Shown: positions 1-8,751 of the stretch, piece after piece | Layout: each line of letters begins with the position of its first letter | How positions within the stretch are numbered: the first letter of the stretch is position 1 | Assembly (NCBI GenBank): GCA_035762545.1 | Contig: DASTOM010000031.1 | Coordinates: 4,125 to 68,124, forward strand | From: Acidimicrobiia bacterium | GTDB lineage: Bacteria; Actinomycetota; Acidimicrobiia; Spongiisociales; ZC4RG35 | DNA length: 64,000 nt | Reading direction: 5' to 3' | Notes under the pieces: generated by a model | Told to the model about the DNA's origin: nothing | Databases searched by the model: none | Seen by the model: only the letters and a program-made list of their open reading frames with translations | Position numbers and translations under genes: made by a program

Positions 1-1062
1 GGATCGGTCGCCTTCGTACTGGCCTCCGATCTGGGGAACGGTGACGTGTGACTCGTCGATGATCGTCAGGTAGTCGTCCGGGAAGTAGTCGAGGAGCGTG
101 TACGGCGCCTCCCCGGGTGCCCGACCGTCGAGGTGGCGTGAGTAGTTCTCGATACCCGAACAGAACCCGACCTCCCGCATCATCTCCAGGTCGTAATGGG
201 TTCGCATGCGGAGCCGTTGTGCCTCTAGGAGCTTCCCCTTGCCCTCCAGGTAGGCGAGCCGCTCCTCCAACTCGACCTCGATGCCCTCGATCGCCTTGAG
301 CAGACGCTCCCGCTCGGTGACGTAATGGGTCGCCGGGAAGACGTAGCCCTCCGACATCTCGTCGACTACTTCGCCGGTCACCGGGTTGAGCCTGACGATG
401 CGCTCGATCTCGTCACCCCAGAACTGGATCCGGAAGATCGTCTCCTCGTAGGAGGGGAAGACCTCGAGGGTGTCACCCCGGACCCGGAACTTGCCCCGGA
501 TGAGGTTGACCTCGTTCCGCTCGTACTGGATGTCGACGAGCCGCTTGATCACGTGCTCCATCGGGTATTCGACACCCTGGATCACCCGAAGCAGCTGCCC
601 TTCGTATTGCTCCGGAGATCCGAGCCCGTAGATCGCCGACACCGACGCCACGATGATCACGTCGTCTCTGACCAGGAGCCCGGCCGTGGCCGAGTGCCGG
701 AGCCGGTCGATCTCGTCGTTGATGGTGGCGTCCTTCTCGATGAACGTGTCCGTCTGCGGGATGTACGCCTCGGGCTGGTAGTAGTCGTAGTAGGAGACGA
801 AGTACTCGACACGGTTCTTGGGGAAGAACTGCCGGAACTCGTTGGCCAACTGGGCGGCCAGCGCCTTGTTGGGTGCGAGGACGAGTGTCGGCTTCTGCAC
901 CTTCTCGATCGTCCAGGCGATCGTCGCCGACTTGCCCGATCCGGTTATGCCCAGCAGCGTCTGAAACCGATCGCCACGGTTGATGCCTTCTGCAAGGGCC
1001 TCGATGGCTTTCGGCTGGTCACCGGCGGGTTGAAAGTCGGAATCGACCTCGAAACGGGGCAC
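1..1062 (-). CDS. uvrB: Excinuclease ABC subunit B, 5' (N-terminal) part; gene continues past the window start
   Basis: Minus-strand translation gives N-terminus [34 protein letters not shown] (Walker A) and later [24 protein letters not shown], classic UvrB motifs. GTG start at 1060-1062 is preceded by an in-frame stop. The plus-strand ORF 325-1758 is its antisense shadow. Confidence 0.85.
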   Translation of the reverse strand, partial: MPRFEVDSDFQPAGDQPKAIEALAEGINRGDRFQTLLGITGSGKSATIAWTIEKVQKPTLVLAPNKALAAQLANEFRQFFPKNRVEYFVSYYDYYQPEAYIPQTDTFIEKDATINDEIDRLRHSATAGLLVRDDVIIVASVSAIYGLGSPEQYEGQLLRVIQGVEYPMEHVIKRLVDIQYERNEVNLIRGKFRVRGDTLEVFPSYEETIFRIQFWGDEIERIVRLNPVTGEVVDEMSEGYVFPATHYVTERERLLKAIEGIEVELEERLAYLEGKGKLLEAQRLRMRTHYDLEMMREVGFCSGIENYSRHLDGRAPGEAPYTLLDYFPDDYLTIIDESHVTVPQIGGQYEGDRS

Positions 1063-1170
1063 GAGTCACAGGGTACCGGCCCACGGGGACAGAATTATTG
1101 GGAGGGACCAGCGTGCAGGGATGTGCCTCAGAGGCACCTGGCCGCACGATCGATTCTCCAAGCAACACTG

Positions 1171-1743
1171 CTACAGGTGGGGAACCACAGCAGCCACCGC
1201 TGCTCGCAACTCGTCGAGCGAAGCGTTGTTGGGGATCACCAGATCCGCCAAGGAGAGCCACTCGGCCCTCGACGGCTGAGAATCCATTCGAGCCAAGGCG
1301 TCGGCTCGGCCCATCCCCCGCTCAACTGCCCTCTCCAGTCTCACTTCGTCCCTGGCATCGACCAGAACCCGCCGCCAACCGTCCCCGAGGCCGTGACCGA
1401 GCACAGGGATCTCCACCACCACAGGACCCGTCAGATCCTTCACCCGGTCGTTGATCCTGTCGAAGATATGGGGATGAGTGATCCCTTCCAGCTCTCTCAG
1501 CTGACTCATGTCGTTGAAGACCACCCCGGCGAGCGCCCGCCTGTCGACCGCCCCATCCGTGATCACCTCGGGCCAGCGGTCCGCAACCTGAGGAAAGGCG
1601 GGGCCATCCGGGGCGAGCACGTCATGTCCCACGCTGTCGGCGTCGACCGTTGTGACCCCAGCCTCGGCAAGGAGGACGCGTACCGTGCTCTTCCCGGAAG
1701 CGAGACCACCGGAGAGGACCCAGCGATGCTGCTCAGAACTCAT
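1171..1743 (-). CDS. coaE: Dephospho-CoA kinase
   Basis: 190 aa with P-loop GGLASGKST and CoaE-like length and composition. It is immediately upstream of uvrB on the same strand, as in the actinobacterial rpsA-coaE-uvrB arrangement. Confidence 0.85.
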   Translation of the reverse strand: MSSEQHRWVLSGGLASGKSTVRVLLAEAGVTTVDADSVGHDVLAPDGPAFPQVADRWPEVITDGAVDRRALAGVVFNDMSQLRELEGITHPHIFDRINDRVKDLTGPVVVEIPVLGHGLGDGWRRVLVDARDEVRLERAVERGMGRADALARMDSQPSRAEWLSLADLVIPNNASLDELRAAVAAVVPHL

Positions 1744-1767
1744 CCGGGCCGACGGTAGCCTTTCACC

Positions 1768-3279
1768 ATGACGGCCAGTCCGGCCACACCGGCGCCCTGG
1801 GAATCACGTGTCCACCGGACTGTGCTGATCGGCCTGTGGCTCGCCCTGGTCGTGGGCATCGTCTCCAGCTTCGCCGCTTTCGGCGCCGACGCCAACAACC
1901 TGATCGCGGCAGGTACCGCCACTGCCTACGTCCTCGGCTCGACGCTCATCCCCGAGTCGACCTACCGCATCCGTTTCGGTGTGGAGACGATCTGTCTCAC
2001 AGGGGTGATCGTCGTCCTGGTCGCCCTCACCATGACCGGCGGGGCCTCCAGCCCATATCTGCTGCTCTCGATGGGCCCACCAGTGTTCTCAGCCCTCTAC
2101 GGCGGTCCCCGGGCCGGTCTGGCCACGGGCGTCCTGTCCGGAGCTCTCCTCGTTCTCGTCACCCTCGCCGACGGCGGAGACGTGGTCGACACTGCGCCTG
2201 CCCTGGCTCTGTATGTCGTCTTCGTCCTCCTGGTGAGTGTGATCCGGAGACTTCTCGAAGACATTCACAACCAGGCGACCACGTTGGCGGCGGAGAAGGA
2301 GTCGGCAACCGAACAGCTCGCTCGCCTGGAGGAGACTCACGGTGCCCTGCTCAAGCTCTCCGAGGATCTCTCCACTGGACGACTCAACGCCATCGAGGTC
2401 GGCGCCGACACGCTGGATACGATCCTCGCTCGCTTTCCCGGCTCCTCAGGCACCCTCGCCGTCGAAGGGGAGAATGGCCCGGTGGTACTCGCCGCCCGTG
2501 GGATCCCCGTCGAGGGCGGCCACGTGCACGATCTGCCCCTCGACACGTCGGACTCCCACGTCGGTGAGCTGCAACTCACCATCCCCGAGCCTCTCTCGAC
2601 CGAAGAGCTCTCCGAGGTGGCAGCCATCATCTATCCGGTCAGCGTCGCCTTCGCCAATCTGCAACTCCTCCAGGACATCGTCGGATCGGCCGTCGCCGAG
2701 GAACGCACCAGGCTTGCACGGGAGATGCACGACGAGATCGGCCCCTCCCTCGCCTCGCTGGGTCTAGCCCTCGACATGACGGCGATGCAGCAAGCCCACA
2801 ATCCCGACGTCGCCGCCGACCTCCAGATCCTCCGGTCCAACGTCACCAAACTCGTCGAGGACGTTCGGGCGTCGGTCGCTGACCTCCGCAACGAGCCGGG
2901 ACCCACACTGACAGCCAGGATCCTCCAATCGACGTCGTCCCTCGAGGGAGATCCTCCCGTGATCGTCGACCTCGACGAGCGGCGCCCGCCGCGACCGGCT
3001 CAAATCGGTGATCTGACCTCGATCGTCACCGAGGCGGCACGAAACGCCCATCAACACTCGAGAGCGAGCAAGGTCGTCATCTCGGGTCAGGTCGACAGGT
3101 CGTTCGGGACCTGTTCGGTGGTCGACGATGGCGTCGGATTCAACCCCGAACACGAGCCAGACGGGCACTACGGGCTGATCGGGATGAGAGAGCGGGCGTC
3201 GAAGATCGGGGCGACCATCAAATTCGAGTCAAAACCGGGAGTGGGGACGGCAATAACGGTTGAATGGGGGTCGCGATGA
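1768..3279 (+). CDS. Sensor histidine kinase, HisKA_3 (NarL/LiaS/DesK-type), multi-TM N-terminus with no large extracytoplasmic loop
   Basis: Five to six hydrophobic helices in the first roughly 170 aa. The H-box EERTRLAREMHDEIGPSL is typical of HisKA_3, and a C-terminal HATPase_c region is present (NAHQHS..VDDGVGF). It overlaps the start of the downstream response regulator by 4 nt (ATGA). Confidence 0.8.
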   Translation: MTASPATPAPWESRVHRTVLIGLWLALVVGIVSSFAAFGADANNLIAAGTATAYVLGSTLIPESTYRIRFGVETICLTGVIVVLVALTMTGGASSPYLLLSMGPPVFSALYGGPRAGLATGVLSGALLVLVTLADGGDVVDTAPALALYVVFVLLVSVIRRLLEDIHNQATTLAAEKESATEQLARLEETHGALLKLSEDLSTGRLNAIEVGADTLDTILARFPGSSGTLAVEGENGPVVLAARGIPVEGGHVHDLPLDTSDSHVGELQLTIPEPLSTEELSEVAAIIYPVSVAFANLQLLQDIVGSAVAEERTRLAREMHDEIGPSLASLGLALDMTAMQQAHNPDVAADLQILRSNVTKLVEDVRASVADLRNEPGPTLTARILQSTSSLEGDPPVIVDLDERRPPRPAQIGDLTSIVTEAARNAHQHSRASKVVISGQVDRSFGTCSVVDDGVGFNPEHEPDGHYGLIGMRERASKIGATIKFESKPGVGTAITVEWGSR

Positions 3280-3914
3280 TCCGAGTAACGATTGCCGACG
3301 ACCACCAGCTCTTTGCAGATGGGCTGGCCCAGGCGCTCAATAGCCTGCCCGACACCAGAGTCGTCGGTGTCGTCAATTCGGGCCCCGACCTCCAGGAGGC
3401 CATCGATTCCCAGCCTTCGGAAGTGGCTGTAGTCGACATCGAGATGCCCGGTGGCGATGGAATCAACGCCATCGAGAGCATCGGAGGCAAGACACGGGCG
3501 ATCGTGGTCTCGATGCACGTCTCGGACGACCAGCGACTCAGGGCCAAGAACGCCGGGGCGATGGGATTCTTCTCCAAAGGGGTCCCACTGGCGACGTTGG
3601 CGGCCGCCGTACGCGCCGTGGCCGACGGCAAGAATCTATTGACCCTCAACGACGAAGACCGCGACGAGCTTCTCGAGACCTACCGGGAGGCAGAGCTCGA
3701 CCCAGGAGCGGCCTCGCTCACTCCCAGGGAGCGGGAGATCCTGCAACTTCTCGCGGTGGGCATCTCGGCCACGGACGAGCTCGCCGATCGGCTCTATATC
3801 TCACAGAAAACGGTCAAGAACCACCTTGCGTCGATATTTCAGAAACTGGCGGTCAGTGACCGAACCCAGGCAGCCATCGAGGCCATTCGACTAGGTATCG
3901 CCAAGCCAAATTGA
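3276..3914 (+). CDS. LuxR/NarL-family response regulator
   Basis: Receiver domain (IADDHQL..VDIEMPGGDG) and C-terminal LuxR HTH (LTPREREILQLLAVGISATDELADRLYISQKTVKNHL). The start is translationally coupled to the kinase. Confidence 0.85.
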   Translation: MIRVTIADDHQLFADGLAQALNSLPDTRVVGVVNSGPDLQEAIDSQPSEVAVVDIEMPGGDGINAIESIGGKTRAIVVSMHVSDDQRLRAKNAGAMGFFSKGVPLATLAAAVRAVADGKNLLTLNDEDRDELLETYREAELDPGAASLTPREREILQLLAVGISATDELADRLYISQKTVKNHLASIFQKLAVSDRTQAAIEAIRLGIAKPN

Positions 3915-3984
3915 TGATTGAGTCGCTCGGCCCATGAGTGATCGGAGCACCCGAACTTATGCTGGACGTCGAAAGCAAAAGCTC

Positions 3985-4176
3985 ATGATGTACGCCAGAT
4001 TCCAAGTTCTCAAGTCACAACTGCGGCGCACCGATAAGGGTGCATCGATGGTTGAGTACGCATTGCTCGTGACTCTGATCGCTCTGATCGCCCTCCTGGC
4101 GGTTCAGGTGTTCGGCACCACGTTGTCCGGAACGTACGACGAGATTGCCCAGGAACTGGTGCAGGCGAACTCATGA
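3985..4176 (+). CDS. flp: Flp/Fap family prepilin (Tad pilus major pilin), copy 1
   Basis: Short ORF with a basic leader ending in KG, followed by ASMVEYALLVTLIALIALLAV (Flp motif G/xxxxEY plus a hydrophobic helix). The start is taken at an internal ATG of the 80-aa ORF. Confidence 0.7.
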   Translation: MMYARFQVLKSQLRRTDKGASMVEYALLVTLIALIALLAVQVFGTTLSGTYDEIAQELVQANS

Positions 4177-4266
4177 CGATGATTCCCGAGACCCATGGTA
4201 TCGGGAGGGACGTGAGCTAATTTGCTCACTTGCAAGCCCAGCAGACTAGACCCAAGGAGGGGTTCA

Positions 4267-4449
4267 ATGCTTGCTCTGTGGACCAAGGTAACGAGCTGGA
4301 TTCAGGAAGAGAAAGGTGCCTCCATGGTGGAGTACGCCCTCCTCGTTGTCCTGATCGCGATTATCGCTCTGGTTGCTATCAGCCTGGCCGGTAACGAGGT
4401 CTCCGAGACCTTCAGCACCATCGCTAACAGCCTCAACAGCGCTTCCTAA
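4267..4449 (+). CDS. flp: Flp/Fap family prepilin, copy 2
   Basis: Same EKGASMVEYALLVVLIAIIALVA motif, with an AAGGAGG Shine-Dalgarno about 7 nt upstream of the ATG at 4267. Confidence 0.7.
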   Translation: MLALWTKVTSWIQEEKGASMVEYALLVVLIAIIALVAISLAGNEVSETFSTIANSLNSAS

Positions 4450-4471
4450 GCGTCAACCAACAAGACCGATT

Positions 4472-4501
4472 GAGGGCCCTACTCGGGCCCTCTTTCTTTT
4501 T
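4472..4501. terminator. Intrinsic terminator hairpin between convergent flp2 and the membrane-protein gene
   Basis: GAGGGCCC-tact-(c)GGGCCCTC stem followed by TTTCTTTTT on the plus strand. Confidence 0.5.
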
Positions 4502-4523
4502 CCCAGACACGGGATCTCGGTCT

Positions 4524-5867
4524 TCAGGGCGTGAGCACGACGAAATTGTCATCCTCGTAGTCGACGGTCCAACCCGCAGCGACCAGATCGGCTGCGAGCG
4601 GTTCTTCCGCACCCAACAGGGCCTGCTCCACCCCGTCCCTCTCGAAGATCGGCTCCCAATCGAGCTCACCCCGTCTGACGGCCACCAGTTCGCCGAGCCG
4701 GTCGCCGTACAGCTCGGCGCGGTCATCCACGTACACCAGCGTTTCCGGCCACTCCGCCCAGATGAGATATCCGCCCACCACGTCGTCGTGGAAGGTCCTG
4801 ACGTCCTCCAGTTCGTCCGACGCGACGGTCGGGAATCGCTGCTCGGAGAGACCAGCGTCGCCAATCAGGAACAACGGCAGTGCGACGATGGCCACGGCCA
4901 GCACCCCCGCCGGGACAGGGCTCAGCCCCCGTTGCAATGGGAACCTGACCCCACGGAGGCTCTGAGCGGCCAGTGGGACGAGACCGATGAACACGGGGGG
5001 TATCGCCCGCAGGGACGTCGTGCCGAGGAACAGGAACGGGACAACGAGCAGTAGCCGGCTCATTCCAAACTGATTCCTGATCAGGCCGACGACTATCAGG
5101 ACGACGATGGCGAGAAGGGCGAGAAACGCCGGATCATCCAACCCGGGACGCCGCCACTCGGTGAGTGAGTCGAGAGCTTCCCTATTGGCTCCGAAGCCGA
5201 CCAGGAACTGCACGACACTGAGACCGTGCGCGGTGGCCAGAGTCACCAGACCGCTGGCAACGGCCGTGGGGAGCCACCTCCACTCCCGCTCGAGCAGCAG
5301 CATGATCCCGAGGTAGGCAAGGCCGATCACGAAGCTGCCGTGTGACGCCGCCCACATCCAGAACAGGAACGGCAGGGCCCAACGTGTCGAAGGGCGGGCC
5401 CACGCCAGGACTACGAGCGCCATGAGCAGGTAGGAGAAGAGAACGGGTCGTGGCACCAGGAAGGTCAGCAAGGCGAACAGCGTGAGAAGCAGGACAGTGG
5501 CCGTGGCCGGAACAGACGCCGAATCCCGGTACGCCACGCAACCGATGGTGGCGAACGTCAACAGACCCAGCACGACCAACATCAGGGGGACGAAGCCGAG
5601 ACCACTGCCGCCCTCCAGCCATCCGTATAAGAGCTCCACGAGCCAACTCTGAGTCAGCCACGACTCCCCCGCCATGGTGAACGAGAACGGATCCTCGACG
5701 AGCACTTGTCCGGTGCCCATCTGGAGGGTGCCGGCCCGGACGTGCCACAGGAAGGAGTTGTCGGTAATCGCTTTCCAGGCGCCGGCGGCCACAGCCACCC
5801 AGGGCGCCAGCAACAAGAGGTGCCAGATGGTGATGCGACCTTGCGGCCTTCCGGCCGCCTCGGTCAT
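4524..5867 (-). CDS. Polytopic integral membrane protein (10+ predicted TM helices) with a roughly 110-aa acidic C-terminal soluble domain; function unknown, encoded inside the Tad locus
   Basis: 447-aa ORF with high GC3 and many long hydrophobic segments (LLLLAPWVAVAAG.., LMLVVLGLLTFATIG.., LLAIVVLIVVGLI..). It lies between the tandem pilins and tadC. No family motif was recognised by eye. Confidence 0.6.
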   Translation of the reverse strand: MTEAAGRPQGRITIWHLLLLAPWVAVAAGAWKAITDNSFLWHVRAGTLQMGTGQVLVEDPFSFTMAGESWLTQSWLVELLYGWLEGGSGLGFVPLMLVVLGLLTFATIGCVAYRDSASVPATATVLLLTLFALLTFLVPRPVLFSYLLMALVVLAWARPSTRWALPFLFWMWAASHGSFVIGLAYLGIMLLLEREWRWLPTAVASGLVTLATAHGLSVVQFLVGFGANREALDSLTEWRRPGLDDPAFLALLAIVVLIVVGLIRNQFGMSRLLLVVPFLFLGTTSLRAIPPVFIGLVPLAAQSLRGVRFPLQRGLSPVPAGVLAVAIVALPLFLIGDAGLSEQRFPTVASDELEDVRTFHDDVVGGYLIWAEWPETLVYVDDRAELYGDRLGELVAVRRGELDWEPIFERDGVEQALLGAEEPLAADLVAAGWTVDYEDDNFVVLTP

Positions 5868-6799
5868 GTGTTGGCGAACGCGTCCGCGATCTGGATTGCG
5901 GCCGGTCCCAGTAGCACGATGAACAGGGCCGGGAAGATGCAGAACACCAGTGGGAACACCAGCTTCACCGGAGCGGCGAATGCCTTCTCCTGGGCCCGCT
6001 GACGCCGCTTGACCCGCATGTCGTCGGCCTGAACCCGGAGCACCCGGGCGATGGTGACACCAAAGGCCTCGGCCTGGATCATCGCCAACAGGAACGAGCG
6101 GAGCTCGTCGAGGTCGGTGCGCTCCATCAGATGGCGCATGGCGTCACGACGACTCACACCGACCCGGGTCTCCTGGAGCATGCGGAAGAACTCCTCAGAC
6201 AAGGGCCCGGGGACGGTGCTGACCACACGAGCGAGAGCTGCGTCGAAGCCGAGACCGGCCTCGACCGAGATGACCAGGAGGTCCAAAACGTCCGGAAGGG
6301 CCCGGAGCATTGCCTGTCTGCGTTCGTCGACCTTCCGCTCCAACCAGGCGTCCGGCCCGAAGAAGCCCAAGGCGATCGGCAGTATGAACAACACCGTCCG
6401 CTGCAGCGTGTCCGAACCGAAGTCGACGATGAAGAAGGCGCCGACGAGACCGACGGCCGTCGTCAGCAGTTTGATGACGGTGAAGGCCGGGGCGTCCAGA
6501 TTGCCCGGATACCCGGCGAGCATGAGCTTGCGCTGCTTCTTCTCCAGGTAGCCGACAGGGGTGAACCTCTTCAGGAAGTTGCCGACACTTATGACCACCG
6601 GCCCAACGGTCCGCTGTGCCAACGGCTTGGCCAGCTCCTCCTCCCGGCCGACGCTGACAGCCTTGCGACCGTACAAGTCGAGTTTCGAAGCCATGTCCTC
6701 CCGGGCCCGGGTGACACCCATGCCGGCCCAGATCACGACGAACAGGACCAGCGCGAAGACCGCGACTACCGCAATCAGGATTGGGTCGAAGCCACTCAT
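5864..6799 (-). CDS. tadC: Tad pilus platform protein TadC (type II secretion system F family)
   Basis: 311 aa, N-terminal TM, central cytoplasmic T2SS-F-like domain, C-terminal TMs. It overlaps the upstream gene by 4 nt, indicating operon organisation. Confidence 0.8.
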   Translation of the reverse strand: MSGFDPILIAVVAVFALVLFVVIWAGMGVTRAREDMASKLDLYGRKAVSVGREEELAKPLAQRTVGPVVISVGNFLKRFTPVGYLEKKQRKLMLAGYPGNLDAPAFTVIKLLTTAVGLVGAFFIVDFGSDTLQRTVLFILPIALGFFGPDAWLERKVDERRQAMLRALPDVLDLLVISVEAGLGFDAALARVVSTVPGPLSEEFFRMLQETRVGVSRRDAMRHLMERTDLDELRSFLLAMIQAEAFGVTIARVLRVQADDMRVKRRQRAQEKAFAAPVKLVFPLVFCIFPALFIVLLGPAAIQIADAFANT

Positions 6800-8751
6800 A
6801 TCTCGATGTCCACGATCTTCTTGAGCCAGAACAGACCACCGGCGATCAGCAGGATGCCGACACCGAGAGCGATTCGGCCGAACGTCTCGTCCAAGAGAGG
6901 CTGCAGATAGCTCCGATTCGTGGTCCAGAGGAATAGGAACATGAGGAACGGCAGCGAGCCGAGGACGATTGCCGAGATTCGGCCCTCAGCGGTCAGCGCC
7001 CGGATCTCACCCTTGAGCCGGTTACGGGCTCGCATGGTGTCGGCCACCGTCTGGAGGACCTCGGCGAGGTTACCGCCAACCTCGCGCTGGATCTCGATGG
7101 CCATCACCGCCCATTCGAAGTCGCTGGACTGCGTTCGGTCGACGACCCCTTCGAGTGCCTGGGTAACCGTCCTACCCAGTCTGGCCTCGGCGATGGCCCG
7201 GCCGAACTCACGTGCGGTCGGGTCAGGAGCCTCCGACGAGACGGCTTCCGTGGCCTGGAGCAGCGAGTAGCCGGCCCGCAGGGAGGTCGACATCAGGGTG
7301 AGGGTGTCCGGCAGCTGGTTCTCGAATTTGCGACGCTCCCGGTTGCCGGCGTACCGGATTCCAGCCACGAGGAGAAAGAGCAGGCCACCGAAGGCGATTA
7401 CACCCCAGACGATCCCGTTGAAGATGGCCATCATGATGCCGATCACGGCGGCGAGACCGAGCATGGCCATGATCGCTTCCCCGGGCGTCATCGGGACGTT
7501 GGCTTGTTCGAGTGTGGAGTTGACTCCGGAGAGCAGGCCGCGCTTCTTGACCTCCTCCTCGGCAGCCGCCGAGAAGCGGTTCAGGAGAGGAATTCTCTCC
7601 ATCCATGACTTGCCTTCTTCTGTGGCCTCCCGCTGCCCCTTCCGGCCGTAGGCCTGGAGCCGCTTGGAGAAGCGCCCTGGATCGTCGTCATCCTCCCTTC
7701 CGAAAAGGATGATCAAGAAGAGGAAGAGAGTGAGGCCGAGTCCCGCGGCGCCGATCAGCAGCAGCGTGTCGAGACTCAGAGGTGAGTTACTCTCGACGAC
7801 GACCGTCGTCAGGGGCGCCAGTGTCGTCGTGGTGCTCGAGCCTTCTGCGATCGTCGTCGTCACGGCGAAACCCGAGACTGCGAACGTCTGCGTCGAGGTC
7901 AAGCCCTGATAGCCCACATTGAATTCGACGTCCCCGGGTGTGGAGATCGGCGATTCGAAGCGGGCAACCATCGTGTTGCTGATCTCACGGCCGATCTGGT
8001 CGTACAGCCCGGAGAGCTGTGTCGGATCAGGGGTGGATAGGAACAGCCCACCACCGGCGGTTGCGATCGCCTGCACCGGCTCGGGGTTGAAGTCTGAACC
8101 TTCGAGGGCGACACCGAACGTACGCGCGTCACTGCCCTCGACCGCGGCGAGAGCCTCATCGAAAGTGGCCTCACTCGCCGTGTCCTCGCCGTCCGATAGG
8201 ACGATGAGGTTGCCGAGGAGGTTCGACGCGCCCGGCTCGTCGAACATCTGGATGCCGCGGATGACCGCGTCGTTGAACGACGTTTCACCGTCGGCGACGA
8301 TGGAGTTGATCGTGGCGTTCAGAGCATCCTTGTTGTTGGTGAACCCGCTCAGCACCAGCACCTCGTCGGCGAAGCTGAGAATTGCAATGCGGTCCTCGGC
8401 GCGGGCCTGTGCCACGAAGCTCCTTGCCGCCTCCTGGGCGGCCGCGATCGGCTCGCCGGCCATCGAGCCGGAGGCGTCTATGGCGAGAACCACACCGACG
8501 GGGACCGTCGAGTTGCCGATCGGCTCAACGGTGAGGTTGTTCACCGCTTGGCCGTTGGCAGTCACCTCGACAGCCGCCGGGTCGGGATCTTCTGCGAAGT
8601 TGCGGAACTCCACGATCATCTGGGTCGCCCCGTTCTCGGGATAGCGCGACCCGTTGATGTCGACGATCTCGACCTCCTGGGCCTCCTGAGCCAACGCCGG
8701 CGCAGCGAACAGCATCAAGGCGGCGACGAGCGCCAGGAGTCTCTTCATCAA
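6796..8751 (-). CDS. tadB: TadB-like platform protein (T2SS-F domain) fused to an N-terminal signal peptide and a von Willebrand factor A domain
   Basis: 651 aa. MMKRLLALVAALMLFAAPALA is a signal peptide. Residues roughly 90-250 form a vWA domain with a MIDAS-like DASGSM motif plus ..ILSFADE.. and ..LSDGEDT... A Thr/Ser-rich linker and a TM follow, then a C-terminal roughly 300-aa T2SS-F/TadB-like domain with flanking TMs. Start overlaps the cpaF stop by 4 nt (ATGA). Confidence 0.75.
   Translation of the reverse strand: MMKRLLALVAALMLFAAPALAQEAQEVEIVDINGSRYPENGATQMIVEFRNFAEDPDPAAVEVTANGQAVNNLTVEPIGNSTVPVGVVLAIDASGSMAGEPIAAAQEAARSFVAQARAEDRIAILSFADEVLVLSGFTNNKDALNATINSIVADGETSFNDAVIRGIQMFDEPGASNLLGNLIVLSDGEDTASEATFDEALAAVEGSDARTFGVALEGSDFNPEPVQAIATAGGGLFLSTPDPTQLSGLYDQIGREISNTMVARFESPISTPGDVEFNVGYQGLTSTQTFAVSGFAVTTTIAEGSSTTTTLAPLTTVVVESNSPLSLDTLLLIGAAGLGLTLFLFLIILFGREDDDDPGRFSKRLQAYGRKGQREATEEGKSWMERIPLLNRFSAAAEEEVKKRGLLSGVNSTLEQANVPMTPGEAIMAMLGLAAVIGIMMAIFNGIVWGVIAFGGLLFLLVAGIRYAGNRERRKFENQLPDTLTLMSTSLRAGYSLLQATEAVSSEAPDPTAREFGRAIAEARLGRTVTQALEGVVDRTQSSDFEWAVMAIEIQREVGGNLAEVLQTVADTMRARNRLKGEIRALTAEGRISAIVLGSLPFLMFLFLWTTNRSYLQPLLDETFGRIALGVGILLIAGGLFWLKKIVDIEI

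Noticed and set aside
325-1758. 477-aa plus-strand ORF spanning uvrB and coaE
   Set aside because: Antisense shadow of two well-supported minus-strand genes. Its composition is the L/V/D/G/R-rich pattern typical of reverse-frame high-GC coding DNA, and it has no motifs.
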